Positions 8,339-17,822 of a stretch of 64,000 nucleotides of DNA are shown piece after piece; position 1 is the first letter of the stretch; each line of letters begins with the position of its first letter. Under the pieces are notes generated by a model. It was not told the origin of the DNA. It was given only the letters and a program-made list of their open reading frames with translations, and searched no databases. Source of the DNA: an uncultured virus (IMG/VR IMGVR_UViG_3300031963_000096) (lineage: Duplodnaviria; Heunggongvirae; Uroviricota; Caudoviricetes); IMG/VR virus record IMGVR_UViG_3300031963_000096; one strand, 5' to 3'. Both the position numbers and the translations under genes were made by a program.

Positions 8339-8889
8339 ATTTATTCAATAAAGAAGAAGAAAAACAAAAAGAGGAACAAACACCTTTCATGTACACCGAA
8401 GATCAGTTGATGGCTCGACTGAAATTCTTTATCGGCATTTGTTTATCATTGACACTAACAGGCATTGTATTTGTTGTACTGTATTCAATTATATTTGTTA
8501 CACAACCACTCAACGCTATGTCGCCAATTGATCAGAAGTTTTTCGAACTTCTAATTCCAATTTCAACATTTCTAACAGGCATTTTATCTGGCATTATGTT
8601 GGCAGGAAAAGATGACAAAGAAGCAAAGATGAAAGCAATTGAGGCTGCAACACGACCAACAACTGTAAGTCCAAATCCGACAGCACCAACAGGTTTATCG
8701 AGTCCTTCTCCAAGACCAATGATGCCATCACCAAGTGCTTCTTCAGTACCATTTGGTAGTGCGCCAACACCATTTGGCAGTTCACCATCTCCTTTTGGTG
8801 CACCACCAATGCCACCTCCACCTAACGTTCCACCTGTTTCATCGGGACCACCAGGACCTCCAATTATTCCAAGAGGACCTGAGGTCTAA
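8335..8889 (+). CDS. Two-TM membrane protein with Pro/Ser-rich tail
   Basis: Two TM helices, PFGS repeats and polyproline C-terminus; ATGA overlap with upstream gene. Confidence 0.7.
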   Translation: MNLFNKEEEKQKEEQTPFMYTEDQLMARLKFFIGICLSLTLTGIVFVVLYSIIFVTQPLNAMSPIDQKFFELLIPISTFLTGILSGIMLAGKDDKEAKMKAIEAATRPTTVSPNPTAPTGLSSPSPRPMMPSPSASSVPFGSAPTPFGSSPSPFGAPPMPPPPNVPPVSSGPPGPPIIPRGPEV

Positions 8890-8964
8890 AATGATCAAAT
8901 GGTTTAGGCATCGGCCAGGAAAACATCCGCCGGCGCCTAAACCATTACCAAGCCCTAAAATTAA

Positions 8965-9018
8965 GTGTTGTTTTTATACAACAACTTACTTGACAATCTG
9001 TTGATTATGCTATATAAT
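8965..9018 (+). promoter_or_regulatory. Sigma70-type early promoter with upstream inverted repeat
   Basis: GTGTTG-N8-CAACA (8965-8983), TTGACA (8990-8995), 17 nt spacer, TATAAT (9013-9018). Confidence 0.85.
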
Positions 9019-9047
9019 ACCAAGACTAGTGAAAATGGAGATTTGAC

Positions 9048-10127
9048 ATGGCTCGCATTACTGATGCAAACCTTGCATTTGCAGGACATGAACCTAAATT
9101 CTCGGTAGAATTATCGCCGATTGATGTAATTAAAACTTTGTCATGGTATTCTCAAAACAAAGACACCAAAGACGCCTACAAATATGCTTCAGATTATTTT
9201 AAGAAGAAGCATAAACTTGATGTATCAAATGTAATCAAACAATTTCCTCCCACATTTGGTTGGATCTGCCGTATCGTAACGAATGGTGGTCTACTTAATG
9301 TCAAAGATCAAATTTGGTTCGATGGTGAAATTACCAAAGTAAAAAATGTTTTAAGTGGGCTAAAAAATGTTGTTGAAGAAAAGCCTAAAGTAAATGTAAT
9401 TAACATTCAAGACCGTATTCGTGCTAAGGCTGATGATTGTATTGCAGAACTAGAAGGTCAAGTTGATGAATTAATTGCATCTGGTTTTTCTGCTAACTCA
9501 CAACCTTATGCTGTGTTTCATACTTTGCAAATCAAAGATGCTCAAACAAAATATATTGTTGAATGGGCAAAGAGTAAACGAATTGAGTTTGACGATGTGA
9601 TGAATACTGATGACAAAGAATTGAAAGAGGCATATTCAAACTTTACCAAACCGCAGTTAAAAAAGATGGTTGCGTATTTTGATCAAGTGATTCTAGATTG
9701 CCAGAAAGTTTCAGGTGAGAAAACCAAATCACGCAAACCACGCAAACGGAAGGCAAAATCGCCAGATCAATTGGTAGCAAAGTTAAACTATTTACCTGAG
9801 TTTAAAGAATTGGGCTTGACTTCCGTAAAAGTTACTGATATAATTGGTGCTATGTCATTGTGGGTGTTTAATACAAAAACCCGTAAACTCGGTGTTTATC
9901 ATGCCGAAGATGCAGGTGGTTTGTCAGTAAAAGGATCAACGATTTTAAACTTTGCAGAATCAAAAAGTATGCAAAAGAAATTGCGTAAACCTGAAGTTGT
10001 ACTGCCTGAAGTATTAAATGGTGGCAAAGTAATTCTTCGTAACTTATTAGATGGTATTAACTCCGTTCCGCATTGGTTGAATGGTCGTATTAACAAAGAT
10101 ACAATTTTATTGAAAGTAACAAAATGA
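9048..10127 (+). CDS. Hypothetical T4-like phage protein
   Basis: 359-aa ORF, GGAG RBS, directly after early promoter. Confidence 0.7.
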   Translation: MARITDANLAFAGHEPKFSVELSPIDVIKTLSWYSQNKDTKDAYKYASDYFKKKHKLDVSNVIKQFPPTFGWICRIVTNGGLLNVKDQIWFDGEITKVKNVLSGLKNVVEEKPKVNVINIQDRIRAKADDCIAELEGQVDELIASGFSANSQPYAVFHTLQIKDAQTKYIVEWAKSKRIEFDDVMNTDDKELKEAYSNFTKPQLKKMVAYFDQVILDCQKVSGEKTKSRKPRKRKAKSPDQLVAKLNYLPEFKELGLTSVKVTDIIGAMSLWVFNTKTRKLGVYHAEDAGGLSVKGSTILNFAESKSMQKKLRKPEVVLPEVLNGGKVILRNLLDGINSVPHWLNGRINKDTILLKVTK

Positions 10128-10330
10128 AAGTGACAATGATTGATCCGCCAAGCGGTTGGATGTATGACTTTCCTAAAGCGATGCCTAAAAAGTTTGATAC
10201 TTTTGAAGAACAGCGTGCATGGTTAGTTTCTGAGGGTTATCCTCAAAAATTAATTGATGAATTTGGCGATCATTTTTATTGCAGATATTGGGAAGAAGAT
10301 GACCATGAACTTCCACCACATACTGATTGA
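10124..10330 (+). CDS. Small hypothetical protein
   Basis: ATGA overlap with upstream gene; IDPPSGW motif. Confidence 0.6.
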   Translation: MKVTMIDPPSGWMYDFPKAMPKKFDTFEEQRAWLVSEGYPQKLIDEFGDHFYCRYWEEDDHELPPHTD

Positions 10331-10338
10331 GAATTGAC

Positions 10339-10872
10339 ATGACCATATATCTAAATGATGAACGTGATTATACACCAATCGTAGAAGAATGGGTTCGTTG
10401 GTTTTATGAAACTATGGATATCAACGACCCATATCTTCGGCCAGGCAACGAATCAGGTGAGGCGCCAGATGGTGTCAAAATTATCTTTGATGGTTTTGGT
10501 GACTATGAAGGCGAAAATGAAAATGGTGAATATGTTTATGAAGAAGCTGGCAATAAGAATATGGTTAGTTTTGCCGTTTTCGTACATAAAACATCCTTGA
10601 CGGAAGATTTTCCCGAACATGAACAAACACCATGGGCATTGATACATCGACCAAAAGAAGAAGTTTGTATCTATGCTTGGTATGATGTTGAAAATGACCA
10701 GTTAGATATTATACCTTTTGAGGATAATAATTCTACTGAACTTGACCACGAATTTGTAACCGATTTAATTTTCAAAATTGCAGAGCGTGATGGTTTTGAT
10801 TTTGATGATGACAAAGAAGAAAGACTACCTTCAAATGCTTGGCCATTTCCAACGAAAGCTAAAGATGACTGA
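10339..10872 (+). CDS. Acidic hypothetical protein
   Basis: Long acidic ORF in operon. Confidence 0.6.
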   Translation: MTIYLNDERDYTPIVEEWVRWFYETMDINDPYLRPGNESGEAPDGVKIIFDGFGDYEGENENGEYVYEEAGNKNMVSFAVFVHKTSLTEDFPEHEQTPWALIHRPKEEVCIYAWYDVENDQLDIIPFEDNNSTELDHEFVTDLIFKIAERDGFDFDDDKEERLPSNAWPFPTKAKDD

Positions 10873-11032
10873 AAAAGAAGAACAGAGATTATACCGAATC
10901 TTATTTGAAGATAGTGCTGAAGAAGTAGGTAATGAAGTTTATGAGTTGTACGATACAGTTACGGAAATAATTCAAAATAGAGCGCCAATATTGCCTCAAA
11001 AACAAAGAGTTTTACACTAAAATATCCTTACT

Positions 11033-11881
11033 ATGATATTAATTGATTTTAATCAGGTAGCAATTTCAAATCTGATGGAACAAATCGGATCTTCCAAAAC
11101 TGCGGTAGAAGAAGGTCTGGTTCGCCATATGATTTTAAATACTATTCGTACCTATGTGAAGAAGTTTAAAAATTCACATGGGCCGGAAGTTGTTATTGCC
11201 TGTGACAACAAAAAGTATTGGCGCCGAGAAATTTTCCCTCATTACAAAGCTGGTAGAAAGAAAATTCGTGATTCTTCTGGTCATGATTGGAATACCATAT
11301 TTGAATGCCTGAATAAAATTCGTGAAGAACTCAAACAATACTCGCCTTACAAAGTGATCGATGTTGATACTTGTGAGGCAGATGATATTATTGCGGTTCT
11401 TACAATGCGATATTCAGTACATGAAAAAGTAATGATTCTTTCTTCAGATAAAGACTTTGCTCAATTACAAAAGTTTCCTAATGTTGAACAGTATTCACCA
11501 ATTTTAAAGAAATATATTAAAGAACCATTACCAGCATTTCAACTCAAACAACTAATCATTCGAGGAGACAAAGGTGACGGCATTCCTAACATTCTGTCTA
11601 TGGACTCTGTGTTTGTTACTGGTGGACGCCAGAAACCAATCACAGAAGCAAAAATCATCAAATGGATGAATCAAGAGCCTACAGAATTTTGTAATGAAGA
11701 AATGTTTCGCAATTATACCAGAAACGAAATGTTAATTGATTTGACAAAAATACCTGAAAATCTGAAGCAATCTATTATAGATACCTATGAGAGCGCAAAA
11801 GGCCATTCAAAGCAAGAATTTATGAATTATATGATTGCGAACCGTCTCAAAAATCTTATTGAAGTGATTGATGAATTCTAA
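11033..11881 (+). CDS. rnh: T4-type RNase H (5'-3' exonuclease, PIN/FEN fold)
   Basis: ILIDFNQ, WRREIFPHYKAGRK, EADDII, SSDKDFAQL, GDKGDGIPN. Confidence 0.93.
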   Translation: MILIDFNQVAISNLMEQIGSSKTAVEEGLVRHMILNTIRTYVKKFKNSHGPEVVIACDNKKYWRREIFPHYKAGRKKIRDSSGHDWNTIFECLNKIREELKQYSPYKVIDVDTCEADDIIAVLTMRYSVHEKVMILSSDKDFAQLQKFPNVEQYSPILKKYIKEPLPAFQLKQLIIRGDKGDGIPNILSMDSVFVTGGRQKPITEAKIIKWMNQEPTEFCNEEMFRNYTRNEMLIDLTKIPENLKQSIIDTYESAKGHSKQEFMNYMIANRLKNLIEVIDEF

Positions 11882-12300
11882 TGAGTGCAGAAAAACTATA
11901 TTCAGAAATTTTTGAAGAATTTGAAAAAGCAGAAACAAAAGAACAACGAATTCAAGTTCTGAGGGCAAACTATCATCCCTCTCTCCGTGATTTTCTAATC
12001 ATGGCATTTAATCCTAACATTAAATTTGATGTTGAGGTTCCTAATTACAGACCTGCTCCTGAACCAGCCGGCCTTAATTACACATATTTGGACATGGAAG
12101 TGCCCAAACTCTATCGTTTTATCAAAGATCATCCAAAGCGGTCACCAAACATAACTGAAAAGAAAAAGACACAAATTCTTACTGTTATACTTGAAGCGTT
12201 GCACAAAGATGAAGCTGATCTTTTGGTGAGACTACTCAAAAAACAATTCAAAATAAAAAACCTAACAGTAAAACTTATACAAGAAGCATACGGACTTTAA
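11881..12300 (+). CDS. Conserved T4-like hypothetical protein
   Basis: 139 aa, coupled to rnh; LEALHKDEADLL motif of the type seen in T4-like phages. Confidence 0.6.
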   Translation: MSAEKLYSEIFEEFEKAETKEQRIQVLRANYHPSLRDFLIMAFNPNIKFDVEVPNYRPAPEPAGLNYTYLDMEVPKLYRFIKDHPKRSPNITEKKKTQILTVILEALHKDEADLLVRLLKKQFKIKNLTVKLIQEAYGL

Positions 12301-12301
12301 T

Positions 12302-13048
12302 ATGAAGATTGTTGTGGTATCTGGAGGATTTGATCCTCTACATTCGGGTCATATTTCTTATTTAAATTCAGCAAAAGCACACGGCGACAAATTAATTGTC
12401 GGTGTAAATTCCGATGAGTGGTTGATTCGCAAAAAAGGTCGAGCATTCATGTCTCTATTTGAACGTACTCGAATTTTACAACATATAAGAGAAGTTGACC
12501 ATGTTGTTGAATTTGATGACTCAGATGGTAGTGCTAAACACCTTTTACAAATAGTAAAACAAACTTGGCCGAATGATGAAATCATTTTTGCAAATGGTGG
12601 TGATCGAACACAAGATAATATACCAGAAATGTCGGTTGAAGGAGTAAAATTTGTTTTTGCTGTTGGTGGCGGAAACAAAATGAATTCATCATCATGGATA
12701 CTTGATGAGTGGAAATCACCTAAAACTGAAAGGCCATGGGGTCATTATCGTGTACTGTATGAATCAGAAAATACCAAAGTGAAAGAATTGACGGTAAATC
12801 CAGGTCAATCGTTAAGTATGCAAAAACATGAATTCCGAAATGAACATTGGCATGTTGTTGAAGGCACAGGCGTATTGTATGAAGAACGTAAAAGTTCTAA
12901 CGATACAATAACTTTATATAAACATAATCAAGTTACAATACCATGTGGTGTCTGGCATCGATTATCGAATGAATCAAATGATTTACTGAAAATTGTAGAA
13001 ATACAATATGGCCAAAAATGTCAAGAAGAAGATATTGAAAGAAGATGA
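12302..13048 (+). CDS. Cytidylyltransferase-like domain fused to mannose-6-phosphate isomerase-type cupin
   Basis: SGGFDPLHSGH (HxGH), ANGGDR; C-terminal ERPWG...LSMQKH..RNEHW...WHRL..EIQYG...EEDIER. Confidence 0.88.
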   Translation: MKIVVVSGGFDPLHSGHISYLNSAKAHGDKLIVGVNSDEWLIRKKGRAFMSLFERTRILQHIREVDHVVEFDDSDGSAKHLLQIVKQTWPNDEIIFANGGDRTQDNIPEMSVEGVKFVFAVGGGNKMNSSSWILDEWKSPKTERPWGHYRVLYESENTKVKELTVNPGQSLSMQKHEFRNEHWHVVEGTGVLYEERKSSNDTITLYKHNQVTIPCGVWHRLSNESNDLLKIVEIQYGQKCQEEDIERR

Positions 13049-13800
13049 AAGTAGCCGTAATTACACCTACAATTGGAGCTGACCACTTTGCTAAATGTTT
13101 AGAATCAGTTCAAAATCAAACATATGACAATCTTGTACATTATATTTTTGTTGACGGCAATCAGTATTTGGATATGGCTGATGGGCATATTAATAAAGTT
13201 GGAAATAGAAAACAAATATCAAGAATCACGCTTGAAGAAAACATTGGCAAAGGTTGGTACGGACATAGAGTTTATTCTGCTTGTTCTTTTTTGGTCAACG
13301 CTGACATTATTTGTTACCTTGATGAAGATAATTGGTACGAACCTAACCATGTTGAAGAATTGGTTAATGTCATTAAAGATGGAAATGATTGGGCATATTC
13401 TTTACGAAAAATTTATGACAAGCAAGGTGAATACCTCTGTGAAGATAACTGTGAATCGTTGGGTAAATGGCCTGTATATTTTAATCATGAAGTATTCCAT
13501 ATTGATACCTCCTCTTTTGCTGTTAAGCGTGATGTTGCTACTCGTATAGGTCACGCATGGTACGGCCAATGGGGTGCGGACAGACAATTCTTTGGTGCGA
13601 TTAAGCATCACTATCCAAAATATGATTGTTCACGCCAGCACACACTATGTTACAGATTAGATGGAAATCCTAATTCTGTGACGAAAGATTTTTTTGATCA
13701 AGGCAATTTTACAACAAACCAAAAATACAACGGTAAATATCCATGGAAAGAAGAACGGCTCTCATCACCGGGGGAAGTGGTTACCTTGGTAATCACTTAG
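13045..13800 (+). CDS. Family 2 glycosyltransferase
   Basis: VAVITPT, SVQNQTY, YLDEDNW (DxD). Confidence 0.85.
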   Translation: MKVAVITPTIGADHFAKCLESVQNQTYDNLVHYIFVDGNQYLDMADGHINKVGNRKQISRITLEENIGKGWYGHRVYSACSFLVNADIICYLDEDNWYEPNHVEELVNVIKDGNDWAYSLRKIYDKQGEYLCEDNCESLGKWPVYFNHEVFHIDTSSFAVKRDVATRIGHAWYGQWGADRQFFGAIKHHYPKYDCSRQHTLCYRLDGNPNSVTKDFFDQGNFTTNQKYNGKYPWKEERLSSPGEVVTLVIT

Positions 13801-14690
13801 CAAAAGACCTAAAACAAAAAGGTTGGGAAGTAGTAACACTTGACCGAAAAACCTGTAGTAACAAATATGTTGATTCACATTTTCGTGGCGATGTTCGTGA
13901 CGCCGATGTGTTAATGCAGATATTTGAAACATATCAGGTCAATACAGTTTTTCATCTTGCAGGTCGCATTGAAGTTGGTGAATCATTTAAAGATCCAACT
14001 TTATTTTATGATGTGAATCTTGGTGGCACCTGCAAACTTTTACATATGATGAAATTATATGGTGTTAAAAACATTGTATATTCTTCATCTGCTGCAGTAT
14101 ATAAACAACAAGGTCGTAACTTAAAAGAAGATGATGAAATCGCTCACAATTCACCATATGGTTATACTAAATATGCGTCTGAATGGGCCATCCGTGATTC
14201 GAATTTAAATTACGTTATTTTCAGATATTTCAACCTAGCTGGCGCAGATCCAGACAATGAATTTGGTGAGTGTCACAATCCAGAAACTCATCTAATTCCA
14301 CGAATTCTACAAAATCTAAATAAAGTACAAATATATGGAAAAGACTATCTTACAAACGATGGAACGTGTATTCGTGATTACGTGCATGTTTCTGATGTTG
14401 CCTCTGCCCATGCTGATGGGGCAGATTACCTCAATGCAAGCGGGCAATCCGTTATTCTTAACTTGGGTACTGGGGTAGGATACTCGGTATTAGAAATAAT
14501 TGGCAAAATTGAAGAAGTTACCAAGAAAAAGATTACCTATACCTTCCTCCCACGTAGACCTGGTGACCCGACCCGATTGGTTGCCGATGTTACTCTTGCC
14601 GAAAAAGTCTTGAATTTTCGGCCAAAGTATGATATAATGAACATTCTACAAACAGCACATAACTGGCAAACTACACAAAATGGCAAGTAA
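13743..14690 (+). CDS. galE: UDP-glucose 4-epimerase
   Basis: TGGSGYLG, FHLAG, SSSAAVY, YGYTK, RYFNLAGA, ETHLIP, DGTCIRDYVHV. Confidence 0.9.
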   Translation: MERRTALITGGSGYLGNHLAKDLKQKGWEVVTLDRKTCSNKYVDSHFRGDVRDADVLMQIFETYQVNTVFHLAGRIEVGESFKDPTLFYDVNLGGTCKLLHMMKLYGVKNIVYSSSAAVYKQQGRNLKEDDEIAHNSPYGYTKYASEWAIRDSNLNYVIFRYFNLAGADPDNEFGECHNPETHLIPRILQNLNKVQIYGKDYLTNDGTCIRDYVHVSDVASAHADGADYLNASGQSVILNLGTGVGYSVLEIIGKIEEVTKKKITYTFLPRRPGDPTRLVADVTLAEKVLNFRPKYDIMNILQTAHNWQTTQNGK

Positions 14691-15255
14691 AGAACCACAA
14701 AAACCCGAAGGTTTAGGTGCCGATGATGTTATCGGCCTCCGACTTTTAGATACCCATACTTTTGTTCTCAACGGTGAAATTGACGCTGATAATATCGCCG
14801 GCGCAATTCGCTGGTTGATCTATGAGAACGCAAGTGATGAAGAAAAGGAACTAACACTATACATTAATTCAACAGGTGGACTATTGAACGATGCTTTTGG
14901 TTTAATTGATATGATGCGTAATTCAAAGCATACAATTAAAACCGTTGGTCTTGGTAATGTCATGTCATCTGCATTTTTAATTTTTGCAGCGGGCACTAGA
15001 GGTCACAGATATATTGCCAAAAATGCAAGCATACTATCGCATCAGTATAGCGAAGAACTAAGTGAAGCAAAACACCATGATATTAAATCTTTTACAAAAG
15101 AATGTGATAATACGAATCAAAGAATGGTGACTTTGTTAAAAGAATGTTCTGATCTATCAACGACAGAAATCAAAAGAAAACTTTTGCCAGCATCCGATGT
15201 TTGGTTGACAGCAGAAGAAATTGTTGAACTAGGTATTGCTGATTATATCTTATAA
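14680..15255 (+). CDS. clpP: ClpP-like serine protease subunit
   Basis: LYINSTGG, GNVMSSA (catalytic Ser), LSHQ (His), DVWLTAEE..LGIAD. Confidence 0.85.
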   Translation: MASKEPQKPEGLGADDVIGLRLLDTHTFVLNGEIDADNIAGAIRWLIYENASDEEKELTLYINSTGGLLNDAFGLIDMMRNSKHTIKTVGLGNVMSSAFLIFAAGTRGHRYIAKNASILSHQYSEELSEAKHHDIKSFTKECDNTNQRMVTLLKECSDLSTTEIKRKLLPASDVWLTAEEIVELGIADYIL

Positions 15256-15591
15256 GGAGGATAACTTTCAAAAATGTTAACAGGTGGAAAAAAGTTTGTA
15301 AAACCAGTAAAAACGAAATTCAAAAAAGCCAAAGAACAACAAGGCAGTAAACACTTTGAAAAACCAAAACACCATGATAAATCATTTTATCGATTGGTGA
15401 AACAAGAGAAAGAAGATTATGTCGTATAGGGAAATTCTTGTAAAGCAGATTGCGGAACTGGAACAAAAGATCGCTTCGGATTCTGTTGAAAAAGAAGTTT
15501 TGCAAAAAGAATTAGCAAGACTGAAATTAGCAGAATATGAAGAAGATTGGAAAGAAGGCCAGGAGCGCAAATTATTACAAGAAGGATGTTA

Positions 15592-15674
15592 GTTAGTACT
15601 CACTAACATACTACCAGGTAGTGTTGTTTTAATACAACAAACCTCTTGACAATTTTCAGGCATTCCTGTAATAT
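15592..15674 (+). promoter_or_regulatory. Sigma70-type early promoter with operator-like repeats
   Basis: GTTAGT-actc-ACTAAC (15592-15607), GTGTTG-N8-CAACA (15621-15639), TTGACA (15646-15651), 17 nt spacer, TAATAT. Confidence 0.75.
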
Positions 15675-15681
15675 TGGAAGA

Positions 15682-16104
15682 ATGGAGATTATTAGAGAAA
15701 TCACACAATGGCAGGTCGAATTCCGCCAGCCAAATCATACCTATTTGATTAATGCAAAAAATCAAATTGTCGCATATGCCAAATGGCATTCAAAAACAGA
15801 TATTCAGATATTCAAATCACGGAATGTATTAGATAAAAAATACCGCAAATTCGAAGTTGTAAAACATGCGGCATTATCTAAACTCATTTCTCGTTTCCAA
15901 CACGAAGATAAAAAAGAAGCGGCAGAAAAAATTGTGCCGTCAGAAAATGTCCGTGTTTTCAATGTCAAATCAAAATCAAAAAATAAAACTTATACCGTAT
16001 CATTTAATAAGTCGAGTAAACAAATTAGTTGTGGTTGTACCGGGTTTGGTTACAGAATGACCTGTAGCCATGTGAAAGCAGTTGCTAATAAACTAGGAGT
16101 TTAA
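15682..16104 (+). CDS. SWIM zinc-finger protein
   Basis: C-terminal SCGCTGFGYRMTCSH (CxC...CxH). Confidence 0.75.
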   Translation: MEIIREITQWQVEFRQPNHTYLINAKNQIVAYAKWHSKTDIQIFKSRNVLDKKYRKFEVVKHAALSKLISRFQHEDKKEAAEKIVPSENVRVFNVKSKSKNKTYTVSFNKSSKQISCGCTGFGYRMTCSHVKAVANKLGV

Positions 16105-16106
16105 TT

Positions 16107-16421
16107 ATGAAATTTACCGTATATCAAATCAATTTGTCCGACAAAGATTATGAAAATAATGTTTTGCGTGAAATGTACCTTAACACAACTATGGATCCCA
16201 CCACAGAAGCAATTGAGAAAGCAGCCGGTCTGTATGTTAAAGTAGCAGAGATTGACGCTCTTTCGTTTGACCATGTGTTTGAAATTGGCAACATTGGTCC
16301 CGAAGAAAAAATTACTAGCTTTGACGATATGCACTCTGTTTCTGTTGGTGATATTATTAAAAGTGAAACAGGTGTAACCAAGTTTGTTGCACCTTATGGT
16401 TTCAAATCTATTGCATTTTAA
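16107..16421 (+). CDS. YodL-like domain protein
   Basis: FTVYQI start, VFEIGN, HSVSVGDII motif. Confidence 0.6.
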   Translation: MKFTVYQINLSDKDYENNVLREMYLNTTMDPTTEAIEKAAGLYVKVAEIDALSFDHVFEIGNIGPEEKITSFDDMHSVSVGDIIKSETGVTKFVAPYGFKSIAF

Positions 16422-16608
16422 TTGGAGTTTATTATGATTCAAGTTATGAAAATTGCAAGTGAAATTAATGGACTTTCTGATCGTGATTTACGATTACTCG
16501 CAGAATGGATTAAAGATGATGCTGCCAATTCTCTAGCAAATTACCTTTCTTTTGAATTGCAAGAGCGTGACTCGCTTAATATCGAAGTACAAGAACCTGT
16601 TTGTTAAT

Positions 16609-16944
16609 ATGACAATTATCTACACTTATCAGAGATCCAGAAAACGCAAGCCCACCGCTAAACAGCGTGAGCTTGCAAAACAATGGGAAGAATTGGTTTC
16701 TAAACATGCACCAAAATCCTCTAATCCAGCCGCTTCTCAGCACCTGCTGCAGCGAGTTGTACCGTATCGCCGTGAAACGCCAAATTACCCATCACTTAAT
16801 ACTACTGAATACAACACCTATAAAAAAGACATTCAGCAATACACCGGTGATAAAATGAAAGGCATTGGTACTTTGCACAAATCAAATGCTGTACCTATTT
16901 TTACGGATGAAGAAGCCAAGGATCAAGCGAGTATGCGAAGGTAA
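16609..16944 (+). CDS. Hypothetical protein
   Basis: Basic ORF with GIGTLHKSNAVPI motif. Confidence 0.6.
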   Translation: MTIIYTYQRSRKRKPTAKQRELAKQWEELVSKHAPKSSNPAASQHLLQRVVPYRRETPNYPSLNTTEYNTYKKDIQQYTGDKMKGIGTLHKSNAVPIFTDEEAKDQASMRR

Positions 16945-17026
16945 GTTAGTACTCACTAACCTGCACCTGGAAGTGTTGTTTTTCTGCAACAAACCTATTG
17001 ACAATTATACCGATTTTTGATATAAT
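16945..17026 (+). promoter_or_regulatory. Sigma70-type early promoter with operator-like repeats
   Basis: GTTAGT-actc-ACTAAC (16945-16960), GTGTTG-N8-CAACA (16973-16991), TTGACA (16998-17003), 17 nt spacer, TATAAT (17021-17026). Confidence 0.85.
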
Positions 17027-17056
17027 GGTAGTATTGAAATTGAGAGAGGTTGTATT

Positions 17057-17821
17057 ATGAAATTATTATCGATTGGCAATCCCAAAGTCCTCAAAGGCAT
17101 GAAACAAGGTTATATGACCTATATTCTGCACCTTGCACCTGCTACTCTTTCAGGTTATAATGTTTGTGCGAAAGCTACCGCAGGTTGTATTGAATCCTGT
17201 TTGAATACATCAGGCCGTGGCGGCATGTTTAAAAAAGGCGAAACGACCAATGTAATTCAACAAGCTCGTATTCGCAAAACAAAATTCTTTTTTGAGAATC
17301 GTGCTGAGTTTATGATGCAATTGGTCAAAGATATTGAATTAGCAATCAAACAATCCGCTAAGAAGAATTTGATTCCTGTTTTTCGCTTGAATGGCACCTC
17401 TGACCTTGCATGGGAAAAATACGAAGCAACGGTTACTGATAAAAATGGCCGTTCAATTGTTTTCAAAAATATCTTTGAAGCATTTCCTTTCATCCAATTT
17501 TATGATTACACCAAAATTCCTGGTCGCAAAGTGAACGGCATCGCTAATTATCATCTGACATTCTCCGAAGCTGATGGTAATGCTCTTGATACACTTAATG
17601 CGATTCGTGCAGGTATGAATGTTGCAACGGTGTTTGGCATCAAAAAGAATTCACCAATGCCTGAAATGTGGAACGGTATGAAAGTTTTTAATGGTGATGA
17701 AAGTGATTTGCGCTTTCTGGATCCAAAAGGTGTTGTTGTTGGTCTATATGCAAAAGGCAAAGCCAAAAAAGACACCTCTGGTTTTGTGAAGTATCCTACT
17801 TTTATGATGAAGGCAGCTTAA
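17057..17821 (+). CDS. Gp88-like protein (radical-SAM-related, atypical Cys motif)
   Basis: CAKATAGCIESC, RLNGTSD, FYDYTK, YHLTFS, GDESDLRFLD. Confidence 0.65.
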   Translation: MKLLSIGNPKVLKGMKQGYMTYILHLAPATLSGYNVCAKATAGCIESCLNTSGRGGMFKKGETTNVIQQARIRKTKFFFENRAEFMMQLVKDIELAIKQSAKKNLIPVFRLNGTSDLAWEKYEATVTDKNGRSIVFKNIFEAFPFIQFYDYTKIPGRKVNGIANYHLTFSEADGNALDTLNAIRAGMNVATVFGIKKNSPMPEMWNGMKVFNGDESDLRFLDPKGVVVGLYAKGKAKKDTSGFVKYPTFMMKAA

Positions 17822-17822
17822 T

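Noticed and set aside
14680..15255. Prohead maturation protease
   Set aside because: Not near head genes, appears to be under a sigma70-type promoter, and T4-like phages use gp21 for this role.
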